Shown one piece after another: positions 9,896-20,200 of a stretch of 38,806 nucleotides of DNA (position 1 is its first letter; each line of letters opens with the position of its first letter). Below the pieces are notes generated by a model. It was given only the letters and a program-made list of their open reading frames with translations, made no database searches and was not told the origin of the DNA. The stretch is taken from the IMG/VR virus record IMGVR_UViG_3300008964_000008, positions 1-38,806 of that record; one strand, 5' to 3'. A program made the translations under genes and the position numbers. This DNA is from a virus. Taxonomy: Duplodnaviria > Caudoviricetes.

Positions 9896-10542
9896 TGACT
9901 ACTAAATCACAAATGATTGAGCGTTGCAGAAGAATGTTGTCTGGTGGTTTCCCATCAAACAGAGATCGTGTGCGTGATGCTGAGATTGAAAAGCATCTAG
10001 AGTCTGCGATGAACAGACTATTAAAAACAGAAGTTTTAAATACAACATTTAACATAGACGGTGCTACAATTCCTGATGGAGTTGTTTTAGCAACATATGA
10101 AAACGTATCAGTAACAGGTGGGCTAAATGACACGTGCACAGTGAAGCTCCCTGTTACGCCAATGTATCTTCCAGAGAAGATGGGTGTGTTTAGCGTATAT
10201 CCATCTAGCTATCCTGAGTTAGAATTTATTCCTATTCCTGCTGGCCAATACTACATATTACAGCAAGTAAAAGAAGTTAATTCTTTGTTGGGTAGAGTTC
10301 CTTACGTATGGGAAGGACAAAAAATAACAATATATAGAAATATTATTGGTGACGGTATGTTTACTGTAGATATGAAAATAGCTATTGCTGACTTATCTCA
10401 GTTCGGTCCAAATGATCCACTGCCTTTGTCTCCAGAATTAGAAGAGCAAGCTATCCAAGCTGTTGTTTCAATCTACATTGCTGAGCCTAGAACAATCAGA
10501 GACGAAAGCTTACAAGCATCACCAGAGAACTTTATAAAATAA
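9895..10542 (+). CDS. Putative ring/tail tubular protein 2
   Basis: Translationally coupled (TAATG); C-terminal DPLPLSPELE motif resembles ring proteins. Confidence 0.55.
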   Translation: MTTKSQMIERCRRMLSGGFPSNRDRVRDAEIEKHLESAMNRLLKTEVLNTTFNIDGATIPDGVVLATYENVSVTGGLNDTCTVKLPVTPMYLPEKMGVFSVYPSSYPELEFIPIPAGQYYILQQVKEVNSLLGRVPYVWEGQKITIYRNIIGDGMFTVDMKIAIADLSQFGPNDPLPLSPELEEQAIQAVVSIYIAEPRTIRDESLQASPENFIK

Positions 10543-10548
10543 TAACAA

Positions 10549-11472
10549 ATGACACCAAACGGAGCTTTTGTATCATTGGATGAGATAATCAATGCGTGGT
10601 TATTTAAGAATGGCAAAACCATTCATAACTACGCAAAGGTGCTTACTTTTGCAGCTGAGGCTGTACGTGAGTTATCTGTTACATCTCTCCAATTGGTTAA
10701 CCATAAAATATTAATTAGAGACTGCCAAGACTGGTGGGATTTACCTAGCGATTACACAGATTACGTAAGTGCTGGAATTAGAGTTGGTCAATATTGGAGA
10801 CCGATAGGAATAAGAAAAGGGATTATGCCTTTTCCTTATAGTGATGGACTTGCTCAATATAATCCAAGTGAATTTAGTGAGATTCCTGGAGAGATGAATA
10901 CATCTGGAGAGTGGATGAATTGGGTAGGAGAATCTTGCAACGAAGCAGACTTTTGGGCAACAGATTTCTATATGGATGACTTTACTACTCAAGATCCTAT
11001 TGCTCCTCCTGCTGTTTTTAATCCTACTGTTTCACCAGTTGGACAAACATATACTCCATACCAAGGTTTTGTTCCTTTTTTCTATTCAGATATTTATAAT
11101 GATTGGGGCCAATTAAAAGGTAGAGCATTTGGTTATGCAGACGGAAACAGAGTTGACTCTGTAAACATAAATGTAGAACAAGGAATTATAACTTGTCCGT
11201 CTAATTTCCCAGGAAGGGAACTTTATTTGTGCTATGTAGGAGTTGGAAATGTAGACTCTATGTCTATGATTCCTAAGAAGGCGCAAGTTGTTATTGAGGC
11301 TTATATTAGCTATAAAATAGCATCTGTAAGACGTAACGGATTACAAGAAGCTGGCTTGAGAAAACAAATTTACGATCAGGAGTTTAGATTACTTAGAGCT
11401 AAAAACGACAATCTTACTACTACAGATATCAAGCGTTCATTACAAGCTGCGTTTGGCAGAACAAGAGAATAA
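10549..11472 (+). CDS. Putative ring/tail tubular protein 3
   Basis: Motifs FVSLDEII, AVRELS, LPSDYTDYV and VIEAYISYK resemble crAss-like tail tubular proteins. Confidence 0.6.
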   Translation: MTPNGAFVSLDEIINAWLFKNGKTIHNYAKVLTFAAEAVRELSVTSLQLVNHKILIRDCQDWWDLPSDYTDYVSAGIRVGQYWRPIGIRKGIMPFPYSDGLAQYNPSEFSEIPGEMNTSGEWMNWVGESCNEADFWATDFYMDDFTTQDPIAPPAVFNPTVSPVGQTYTPYQGFVPFFYSDIYNDWGQLKGRAFGYADGNRVDSVNINVEQGIITCPSNFPGRELYLCYVGVGNVDSMSMIPKKAQVVIEAYISYKIASVRRNGLQEAGLRKQIYDQEFRLLRAKNDNLTTTDIKRSLQAAFGRTRE

Positions 11473-11474
11473 AT

Positions 11475-14474
11475 ATGACCATACAAGCATTAATAAATAA
11501 AATTTTTAGAGCTAATCAGACTCAAAACAACACAGTTAGTTGGTCTGGGTCTAATGGCTTAAAATCTATTCAAGAGGATATTGTAGATACTATCAGACAA
11601 AGAACTTTCTTTACTGTGCCTACAACTGCTGCTTTAGCAAATCAAGGGTTTAATAATGCTATCCTTTGTTATGTTCAAGACAACGCATTCTTTCGCTGGC
11701 AAGCAAGTGGTACACCGAATGGTACTACTATATTCCCTGCTAATGATGGAGGTGTATGGGTTCAAGAAACAATAGGTGATACAGATGGAACGGTAACAAG
11801 TATTGGTATTACAGCACCTGCTGCATTTACTGTTACTAATAGCCCTGTAACTACAAGTGGTGTTATAGATATAGCTGCTAATGGTACATCTGCTCAATAC
11901 ATTAAAGGCGATGGTACATTAGGTACATTACCTACTCCTACAGGTGGTACGGTAACCAATGTGTCTGCATTAACTTTAAATACATCTGGAACTGATTTAA
12001 GTTCTACTGTAGCTAATCCTACTACTACCCCTGTAATTACATTAAGTGTACCTACGGCTTCTGCTGTGAACAGAGGTGTATTATCTCCTACTGATTGGTC
12101 TACATTTAATAGTAAACAAAATGCAATAACGCTTACTACAACTGGTACAAGTGGTGCTGCTACATTAGTAGGTTCTACATTAAATATTCCTCAATATCAA
12201 TCGGTAATAACCAACCCTGTAACTGGTACTGGCACTACTAACTATTTATCTAAATGGACAAGTAGTTCTAGTTTAAACAATAGTTTAGTTTATGATGATG
12301 GAACAAATATAGGTATAGGAACAACTACCCCTAGTTACAAGTTAGATGTCAATGGAACAGGAAGATTCCAAACAAGTATTACAATAGGAGGAGCTGCTGA
12401 TGCCACATTGTTTTTCCCTAATACAACAAGTGGTCATCAGATGCGTATTTACACGCAATATGCATCTAATGCAATGGTTATATTTGCTAATGGATATAAT
12501 TTGAATTTAAGTGGTGGTGGCGGAATGACATCTAATTTTGCTACAACCATAACAGGCACAAATGGCAATGCGGCATTAACTGTACAGCAAGGTAATGTAG
12601 CGTGGACGCCAGTATTAAAAGTTAATGCAATAGGTTCTACTGGTACGCAATTTAACACAAATGGTAATGTACTTATAGGAACAACAACAGATGCTGGTTA
12701 TAAATTAGATATTGTTGGTACGACTAGATTTCAAGGTAACTCTTTAGTTTCTTTAAATCAAAACGCAGAAACATCATTAATTGTTTCTAATACTACTTCT
12801 GGTACAACTGCTTCTTCTGCAATAAAAGCTATTTCAAGCAATGGTGGTGCTTCTTTAGGGAAATACTCTGCAACATCAACTGCATATAAAACTGTTGCTG
12901 CAAATGATGGATATATATATAATTACGGAGCAGGCAATATATCAATACTAAATGATTTTGGTACAGGCAATATAAACTTCACATCAAGAGGTTCTTCTGC
13001 TGCTCAAGTTATTATGAATGGAGATACACAACCACTTGCTCTGGTTGGCGCTGGCAGTTCAAATTTTTCAATGAACTCTAATGCTGATGTGTATTTTACT
13101 TTTAATAGTCAATCAGTTGTTGGTAGATTTTATGCAAATCCACAAGCAACAGTTCAAAATACATATAACCAGCCAGTAAGTGTTGGTTTTGTTGGCACTA
13201 TTGCAGGTGGTGATGTTTGGTATGGCAATATGAATGGAAGTGGTGGAACCGTTAAATACAATTGTTCAAGAAATGGTGTAAGCCATTCTCACATATGGTA
13301 TTATAACTTTTCAGAGCAAATGAGATTACAATATACAGGTAATCTTTTAATTGGAACGTCAACAGATGCTGGTTATAAATTAGACGTGAACGGCACAGGT
13401 ATATTTAGAAATGTATTAACAGGATATGTAAATAGTGGCTCATTAGTTTTAGGAGCAGCTGCTGCAAACTCTCAAGCAATAACTATTACAGGTTATTATA
13501 CAAGTGGAGGTGCAATATCTACTACTAACTCAAATCCAAGAAGTTTTAATGTAAATATAGGCGGTCAAGGATATGGATTTTCAACTTCTTATAATGGTAA
13601 TACTCAAGTAAATGCTGAGTCAAATTCTTATTTTAGAGCGGTTGGGGCAATTAACATTACAGCAGGAACAATTGCTTTACACGGATACAATTTTTCCCCT
13701 ACAATAACAAGTGAAACAAATGCTACTATATATGCATTTTCAAGTACATTAAATTCTGCATCTAACCACTATGACTTATATTTAAGTGGTGGTGCTAAAA
13801 GTTATATAGCTGGTAGTGTAGGTATTGGAACAACCCCAACAGCTTCATACAAATTAGATTTAAGCGGAACAGCAAGAGTTAGCGGAACAACTACACTTAG
13901 TTCATTAGGTGGCGGTGGTACACAAATGGTTGTAGCTGACAATACAGGGGTTTTATCAACCCAAGCAATACCTTCTATTCCAACTAAATCATTTGGCGCT
14001 TGGCAAGAAGATACAACTCAAACGGCTGCTTCTAGTAATACAGGATATGGAGTTAAGTTTTCAACTCCTGATATTAGTGGCTATGGTGTGAATGTAATTA
14101 ATGACCCTTTTGGAGATGCTACTTATATTGAAATGGTAAATAATGGTGTATATAATATCCAATTTAGTTTACAATTACAAAACACAGATGGACAAATAAA
14201 AGATGTTACAATTTGGTTAAGAAAGAATGGAAATACGTCTCTCGACGACATTCCTGCAACTGCTGGATTTGTATCAGTACCTAACTCTCACGGAGGCACA
14301 CCAGGTACAATTATTGCAGCTTGGAACTACTTTGTAGAAGCGGCAGCTGGAGATTTCTTCCAATTGGTATGGTCAACTTCAGACCACACAAGAGTATCAA
14401 TAGAGTTTTATCCAGCAGGTTCTCCACCACCAAGTGCAGCATCAGCAATATTAACAGTAAATCAAGTAAATTAA
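11475..14474 (+). CDS. Tail fibre protein 1
   Basis: 999 aa, G/S/T/N-rich. Four (I/V/L)-x-IGT-x(3-4)-YKLD-x-xG repeats typical of Bacteroidota phage fibres. C-terminal beta-sandwich-like domain (GVYNIQFSLQL, IWLRKNG, AAWNY). Confidence 0.85.
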   Translation: MTIQALINKIFRANQTQNNTVSWSGSNGLKSIQEDIVDTIRQRTFFTVPTTAALANQGFNNAILCYVQDNAFFRWQASGTPNGTTIFPANDGGVWVQETIGDTDGTVTSIGITAPAAFTVTNSPVTTSGVIDIAANGTSAQYIKGDGTLGTLPTPTGGTVTNVSALTLNTSGTDLSSTVANPTTTPVITLSVPTASAVNRGVLSPTDWSTFNSKQNAITLTTTGTSGAATLVGSTLNIPQYQSVITNPVTGTGTTNYLSKWTSSSSLNNSLVYDDGTNIGIGTTTPSYKLDVNGTGRFQTSITIGGAADATLFFPNTTSGHQMRIYTQYASNAMVIFANGYNLNLSGGGGMTSNFATTITGTNGNAALTVQQGNVAWTPVLKVNAIGSTGTQFNTNGNVLIGTTTDAGYKLDIVGTTRFQGNSLVSLNQNAETSLIVSNTTSGTTASSAIKAISSNGGASLGKYSATSTAYKTVAANDGYIYNYGAGNISILNDFGTGNINFTSRGSSAAQVIMNGDTQPLALVGAGSSNFSMNSNADVYFTFNSQSVVGRFYANPQATVQNTYNQPVSVGFVGTIAGGDVWYGNMNGSGGTVKYNCSRNGVSHSHIWYYNFSEQMRLQYTGNLLIGTSTDAGYKLDVNGTGIFRNVLTGYVNSGSLVLGAAAANSQAITITGYYTSGGAISTTNSNPRSFNVNIGGQGYGFSTSYNGNTQVNAESNSYFRAVGAINITAGTIALHGYNFSPTITSETNATIYAFSSTLNSASNHYDLYLSGGAKSYIAGSVGIGTTPTASYKLDLSGTARVSGTTTLSSLGGGGTQMVVADNTGVLSTQAIPSIPTKSFGAWQEDTTQTAASSNTGYGVKFSTPDISGYGVNVINDPFGDATYIEMVNNGVYNIQFSLQLQNTDGQIKDVTIWLRKNGNTSLDDIPATAGFVSVPNSHGGTPGTIIAAWNYFVEAAAGDFFQLVWSTSDHTRVSIEFYPAGSPPPSAASAILTVNQVN

Positions 14475-14494
14475 TAAACTTTAAATAAAATAAA

Positions 14495-14788
14495 ATGCAA
14501 AGAGCAATTAACCCAGTATCAATCTGGACAAACGGTAAAAGCGAAAACGCTAACTTATTTAGTATGATTTCAATTTCTGACAATCTATTGGATACAGCAA
14601 CATTCTATTATCAATTATTAGCAAGTGATGCAACTGTAGAGCCTGCTACTGAGACTCAATTGGCTCAAGGTAACCTTACATTAGAACCAAATGAGTACCC
14701 ACAATGGGACGGAAGTAACAATTGGATTATGGATTGGGCTGCTGAACAGTTGAATTTAACCTTTGTTCCAGGGGCAGAATTGAACTAA
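14495..14788 (+). CDS. Small acidic protein following the tail fibre (possible fibre chaperone)
   Basis: 97 aa with ATFYYQL, GNLTL and WAAEQLNLT; this type of gene commonly follows fibre genes. Confidence 0.55.
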   Translation: MQRAINPVSIWTNGKSENANLFSMISISDNLLDTATFYYQLLASDATVEPATETQLAQGNLTLEPNEYPQWDGSNNWIMDWAAEQLNLTFVPGAELN

Positions 14789-14790
14789 TT

Positions 14791-14805
14791 AAAGCGTATT
14801 ATATA
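14791..14805 (+). promoter_or_regulatory. Late-promoter motif AAAGCGTATTATATA
   Basis: Exact copy, 28 nt before ATG 14822. Confidence 0.75.
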
Positions 14806-14821
14806 CTAAATACCGATAACG

Positions 14822-15340
14822 ATGTTTATTACAAACTTACTTAATAAAATCTTTAATGCCGATCAGACACCTAATAATACGGTGAGCTGGTCTGGCACTA
14901 ATGGATTGAAAATAATCCAAGACGATATCGTTGAGGAGATCAGGGCACGTGGCTGTATTGTAGTGCCTACGGTTACTGATTTAAACGCTCAAGGTAAAAA
15001 CAATTCTCAAAATGCAATTGTTCAAGGAGTTGGTGTTTATACTTGGTTTCCTCCAGGAAGTGGCCCAGCAAATGGTAGCAATGTTTTGATGGCAAACGAT
15101 GGTGGTTTTTGGAAATTGCAAGCTATTGGAAACTTTTTTCCAAATGTGGGAACTGATTTAGCCGCTCCTACAGGAGGGGTAAATGTATATGCTAAAGACG
15201 GAGTATTAAAAGTACAAAGTCCTTTATATCTACCAAATGTAACTACAGTTCCATCTGCTCCATCAGCAGGTATTGTTTTATATGCTCAAGCTGGAGTTTT
15301 AAAATACAAAGATCCATCAGACGTAGTTCACACATTATAA
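14822..15340 (+). CDS. Short tail fibre paralogue
   Basis: First ~100 aa align with the N-terminus of fibre 1 (NKIF.A.QT.NNTVSWSG.NGLK.IQ.DIV; ANDGG.W). Two APxxGxxxYAxxGVLK repeats. Confidence 0.7.
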   Translation: MFITNLLNKIFNADQTPNNTVSWSGTNGLKIIQDDIVEEIRARGCIVVPTVTDLNAQGKNNSQNAIVQGVGVYTWFPPGSGPANGSNVLMANDGGFWKLQAIGNFFPNVGTDLAAPTGGVNVYAKDGVLKVQSPLYLPNVTTVPSAPSAGIVLYAQAGVLKYKDPSDVVHTL

Positions 15341-15349
15341 AATTAAAAT

Positions 15350-17248
15350 ATGGCAACTTTAAATAATTTAACAAACTTAATTGCTAACGCAAAAAGCACA
15401 ACATCTGGAAAGATTGAGTGGACAGATACTTCTTTAAAAGGAATACAACAAGAAGTAGAATATTTGTTCTCTCAAAATGCTATTCAAGTTGTTGCTACTA
15501 CAAACTCATTAGCAGGTGTTACAAATGATGACTCACAATTAGCATTTGTTACAAGCGATGCAACTGTTTCTGACAATGGTATTTACTACTGGAGTTTAAC
15601 CCAAGAGTCAACTATTAACTTCCCAGCAGGAAGCAATGGATACTGGAACTTAATTGAGTTTGGTGTTGCTTCTGTTATCCCAGCTGGTTTCATACCATAC
15701 AGTAATGGTTCTAGCTTAGTAGCAAGTTATTTGCAACGTACTACTGACGAAATTAAAATGGTAGGTGGTAGTTTTGTAGCAAACAAATCTACTACTACTG
15801 GTCCTTACTTTCAATGTGGTGATACTGACTCAGTAGGTAACGATGTTATACTTACAATAGATGATAAAAACCAAGTAATTAACAGTAAAAAAGCTACTGC
15901 TAACAAAGGTATCAAATTAGACTTTGCTAACAATATTCACAAGATTGGAGATATTGATGCAAACAAGGGTTTGTCTGTTGATACAGCAAATACTGTTTCT
16001 AAGTTAGGTAACACATCTACAAGCGAAGGTGTTGTGATAAATGCATCTAATGGTTATTTAGGTACATCTACTTGGGCATATAATTATAACGCTACATCAT
16101 TATTCGCAGGTAATGGTTCAATTAATTTATCTCTTAATGATACTGCTAACGTAGCAAGTTTAGGAGACGCAACAAAAGGTTTGTTTGTTGATTTAACTAC
16201 TGATGATTACACATTAGGAACACCAACTTATGGGTTAAAAATTGACTATTCAGTACCGTTAGCTGCTACTATAAATTTAGGTTCATTATCTTCAGGAAAT
16301 GGGCTTTATGTATACAATAACGCAGCTGGTGACATATATAATTTAGCAAACCAAACAGTTGGTAAAGGTTTATTTATAAATTTAGCAGCAGAAACTTATA
16401 TATTAGGTACTTTTGCAGGATATGGTTTATCATTAACTGCTACAACAGGTAGACTTGGTTCTGCAACATTTGGTTATAACTATACTGCAACAACAATGAT
16501 TGCTGGTAATAGTTCAATCAATTTAACTCTTGATGATACTGCTAACACAGCTAGTGTTGGTATTACAACAAAAGGGTTATCTGTAAATATCAATAGTAAC
16601 TTGTATAAACTAGGAGAATATTCTACAAAAGGTTTATTCATAGATACTAATAACCAAACTTACCAATTAGGTTTTGCAGGAAGCAATCTTGAATTAAATA
16701 TAAATGCAGCAAGTCAAATATTTAAACTTGGAAATTCGTCTGCTGGTACTGGATTATACATTGACTTAGTAAATAATACTTACTACTTAGGTAATGGATT
16801 AAAAGCATTGGTTGTAAATACAACTTCAAATACTTATACTTTAGGTACTAATATTGAAGGTTTATATATCAATACATCTACTGACGTGTTTAAATTAGGA
16901 AACTATGTATCAAATACAGGGTTAATAATCTCAAGTAATATCGCTAATTTAGGTACGTTAACCACAGGTTTGGAAGTAGATTCTACTACAGGTAATGTTA
17001 AAACTAAAGTGGCTGGTTTAACTACAGGTATATTTTTAGATGTAGCTGGCAATGAGTTTGTATTCGGTACAGATGTGGAAACTCCTGCAAATGCTTCTTA
17101 CTTTGGCGCAAGAGGTACAGGTGGTGCTACTCCTTCAATAGTTATGACTCAAGACTTTGTAGATACACCTGCTCCGCCAGCTCCTGCTGAATTTATAAGA
17201 GTAAGAGTAGATGGCTTAGGTGACAGATGGATACAATTATATCAATAA
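15350..17248 (+). CDS. Tail fibre/spike protein 3 with ~20-aa beta repeats
   Basis: Divergent copy of the shared N-terminal anchor (W...SLKGIQQEV...FPAGSNGYW) followed by many KGL(F/Y)(I/V)(D/N)...Y.LG repeats. Confidence 0.75.
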   Translation: MATLNNLTNLIANAKSTTSGKIEWTDTSLKGIQQEVEYLFSQNAIQVVATTNSLAGVTNDDSQLAFVTSDATVSDNGIYYWSLTQESTINFPAGSNGYWNLIEFGVASVIPAGFIPYSNGSSLVASYLQRTTDEIKMVGGSFVANKSTTTGPYFQCGDTDSVGNDVILTIDDKNQVINSKKATANKGIKLDFANNIHKIGDIDANKGLSVDTANTVSKLGNTSTSEGVVINASNGYLGTSTWAYNYNATSLFAGNGSINLSLNDTANVASLGDATKGLFVDLTTDDYTLGTPTYGLKIDYSVPLAATINLGSLSSGNGLYVYNNAAGDIYNLANQTVGKGLFINLAAETYILGTFAGYGLSLTATTGRLGSATFGYNYTATTMIAGNSSINLTLDDTANTASVGITTKGLSVNINSNLYKLGEYSTKGLFIDTNNQTYQLGFAGSNLELNINAASQIFKLGNSSAGTGLYIDLVNNTYYLGNGLKALVVNTTSNTYTLGTNIEGLYINTSTDVFKLGNYVSNTGLIISSNIANLGTLTTGLEVDSTTGNVKTKVAGLTTGIFLDVAGNEFVFGTDVETPANASYFGARGTGGATPSIVMTQDFVDTPAPPAPAEFIRVRVDGLGDRWIQLYQ

Positions 17249-17264
17249 TATATAAAGCTTTTTA

Positions 17265-20200
17265 ATGGCTCAAATAACAAAACTTTTTACAAAAGGTTTA
17301 GATACTGATACGGCTCCCCACTTGCAAGAGAAGGAGTCGTATTCTTCTGCTATGAATGTCCATTTCTCTTTAGGCTCTTTATTGGGCGTAAGCGATGGTC
17401 AGAGTGGAGATATGAGTGGATATAATATTGGAGGTGATCTAGGGGTTCTAGAGCCATTTGCTGGCAATACAGATTGGACTACTTTATTCTCTACATTAGG
17501 CGTTACTGGTTACAATCAGAATGGCGCTAAGTGTATAGGTTACGCAGTAGATGATACCGAATCCATAAGTAATAACACAAGGTTTTTTTACTTATTTATA
17601 TACACTCCTGCTTTTAGCACTACTTTAGAAAACTCTTGGATAGTAAAAGTCGCTATTAAATACAATGCCACAACTAAAGTAAATACAATATCAATAGCTG
17701 ACTCTTCAGTTCTTTTAAGTGGATTTTGGGTATTAGGCCCTGCTTCTGATAATTTAGCATTTCAGCCTGAATACTTTATATCTGCTAGAACAAGTGGAAG
17801 TCAATTAATATTTACTGATGGTCATAACCCTGTTAGATATGTTGATGTTAATAAAGATTACTTAACCAACAATCCAACTCTTAATGAGTTGTCTTTAATT
17901 ACAGAGCCTGGGGTTGTTCCATTGATTGCAGATAGAGGATCTGATCCAACAAAGGCAGCTACATTACAATTCAAGGCTGTTCAGTTTATGTATAGAATAT
18001 TGAATGAAGATGGATTCATTTCTGTTTTATCTCCGTTCAGTATAACATCACTTCCTGCAAGACAAGAAGAAGTTGAAGTTGATCCATTCTTTGGAAATGT
18101 TATAACAATTAGTTTAAGTAAAGATCAAAAAATACCAGACAATTGGAAGAAGGTTGATTTTGTTATGAGGTATTTAGACACTAATACATTCGATGTAATT
18201 AGAACCTTTGATAAATACGATACAACTTCCAGAGAATACAATTTTGGTATGGGTCCTGTTTATTACACAGACGCTCAATTAGTTTACGAACACAATACAA
18301 GTCCATTTTTAGTTCCGTACATAACAGTGCAGAACTATGATGGATCTATTATTGTAGAAACTTTAGATCCTGCATATTGCGCAAAAGCTTTTGATTCAAT
18401 ACCTATTACTTCTCAGTCATTAGAGTTCACGTCTAATAGATTGTTTCTAGCTAACAACTTAGAAGGGTATGACACGCCTGCAACCGCAATAGATATTACA
18501 TTAACTCAGAATACAGCAACCACTAGCTTTAGTAAAATAATGTATTCGCTAACTCCTTACTTGTTAGCAATAAGAGAAGACTTAAGTGGGTTTTGGTATG
18601 CAGCTGTAGTTACTAGAAACTATGGAAATGGTAAGAACTATGCTTTTCCATTGCCATCGCAAAATATTGTTTTTGATGCATTTCAAGGTGGCGGCTCTTA
18701 TAACATTGTTGGATTAAAATCTACAGACTATACATTTATATCTTTACCTCAAACAATTAGTGAAGATAGCTTAATAGAATTAAGTGAGTCTGAAAACTTT
18801 GATCCATTAAGGGTAAGCTCTCCTTCTGGAGGTCAAAGGAACGCAAGGGTTAGAATAATTTCAGAGCTAAATGAACATTGGGGGCAAAAATCTTTGTATT
18901 CATCTTTAGGAACAAACAATATATGTGTTCCTCTTTACAATATAGGTACATTTAGTTTTATCATAACCCCAAATATGTGTAAAGTTTTTTCACCTTCTGG
19001 GTATTTAAACAATACACTTAACTCTAGAAAAGCTGCATTCTTACCTAGTTCTACTTATTCTTATGGGGCAACATTTTATGATGAAGCTTTAAGAAAAAGC
19101 GGAAATAAATACATAGGAGACATAACTATTGGTTCTTATAATGCAGGTACAAAAACCCTTGTAGAAAGCATTGATGTAAATGTAACTGGAGTCCAACCTT
19201 CTGGATCTGTTCCTAGTTGGGCAAAATACTATAGTATAAACTTAACAAACAACAATAAAGCATCTTCTTTTTTACAATTTGTTCCAGATATAATTAGATT
19301 TGCATACAAAAGTTCTGCTGGAATTATAGTATATGATCAAGATGAAGCCAGCCCTATTGGAGATTACTATGGCGTTGCTGTACCTTTAACTTCTCTTTCA
19401 GATAGAAGCCAGGGTTACGCATACACAGAAGGAGACCTTTGTCAATTTGAAATATACGATTATAACACTTCAACTTACAATGGATCATATACATTGCCTG
19501 TGATTACATCAATTGATGGATATATTATTGTAAATTCTCCAAAATCAAATTTTAATAATTATATTTCCTATCAAGGAAAAAAAGTTCAATATACTTCGGC
19601 ATCTGGATCTACTGTAAATACATTTGTAAATGACTTCTTAAATGATCCAGCTCTTATAACCAATCCTAAAGTTGGAGATGTATTTTTAATTGGAAACGCA
19701 CCAGTTGGAGCTTGGGCTGGACAATCAGGTTTTGTTGTTTATTCAAACTCTGGAACTTGGGATTTTTCTTCTTATGCAGTTCCTTACACGGTTGTTTATA
19801 GCTACGGAGAATATAGCGGCACAGCTCAATACCTTTCTGTTTCTGCTGGTATTTGGACTCCGTCAGGATCTCCTTCTGTTCAGTACTATGCATACGCTCC
19901 TGCTCAACTAAATCAACAAGTTTTTATTTGCACATTATATACCCCTAAAACAGTTCAAAGATCTTTTTACGAAGTTGCGTTTTTTGGAGAAGTTTCTGGA
20001 GGAAGCCTTTTAGCTCCATATAACGGCCTCTCTGCAAAACTATATGGAGACACTTATATACAGGGAAGTAACTCTGAGGGAGGTGCATTTAATGTTGTAT
20101 CTAAAACAAATAACGAAAACAGATATAATTATTGGATAGAAAATAGCGGAAGAATTACCCCAGAAGATACAGTTGGACAAAAAGGGCTAACTAATCAAAT

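Noticed and set aside
11475-17248. Diversity-generating retroelement targeting fibres
   Set aside because: There is no reverse transcriptase and no TR/VR pair with adenine-specific differences in the window; the repeats are in-frame protein repeats.
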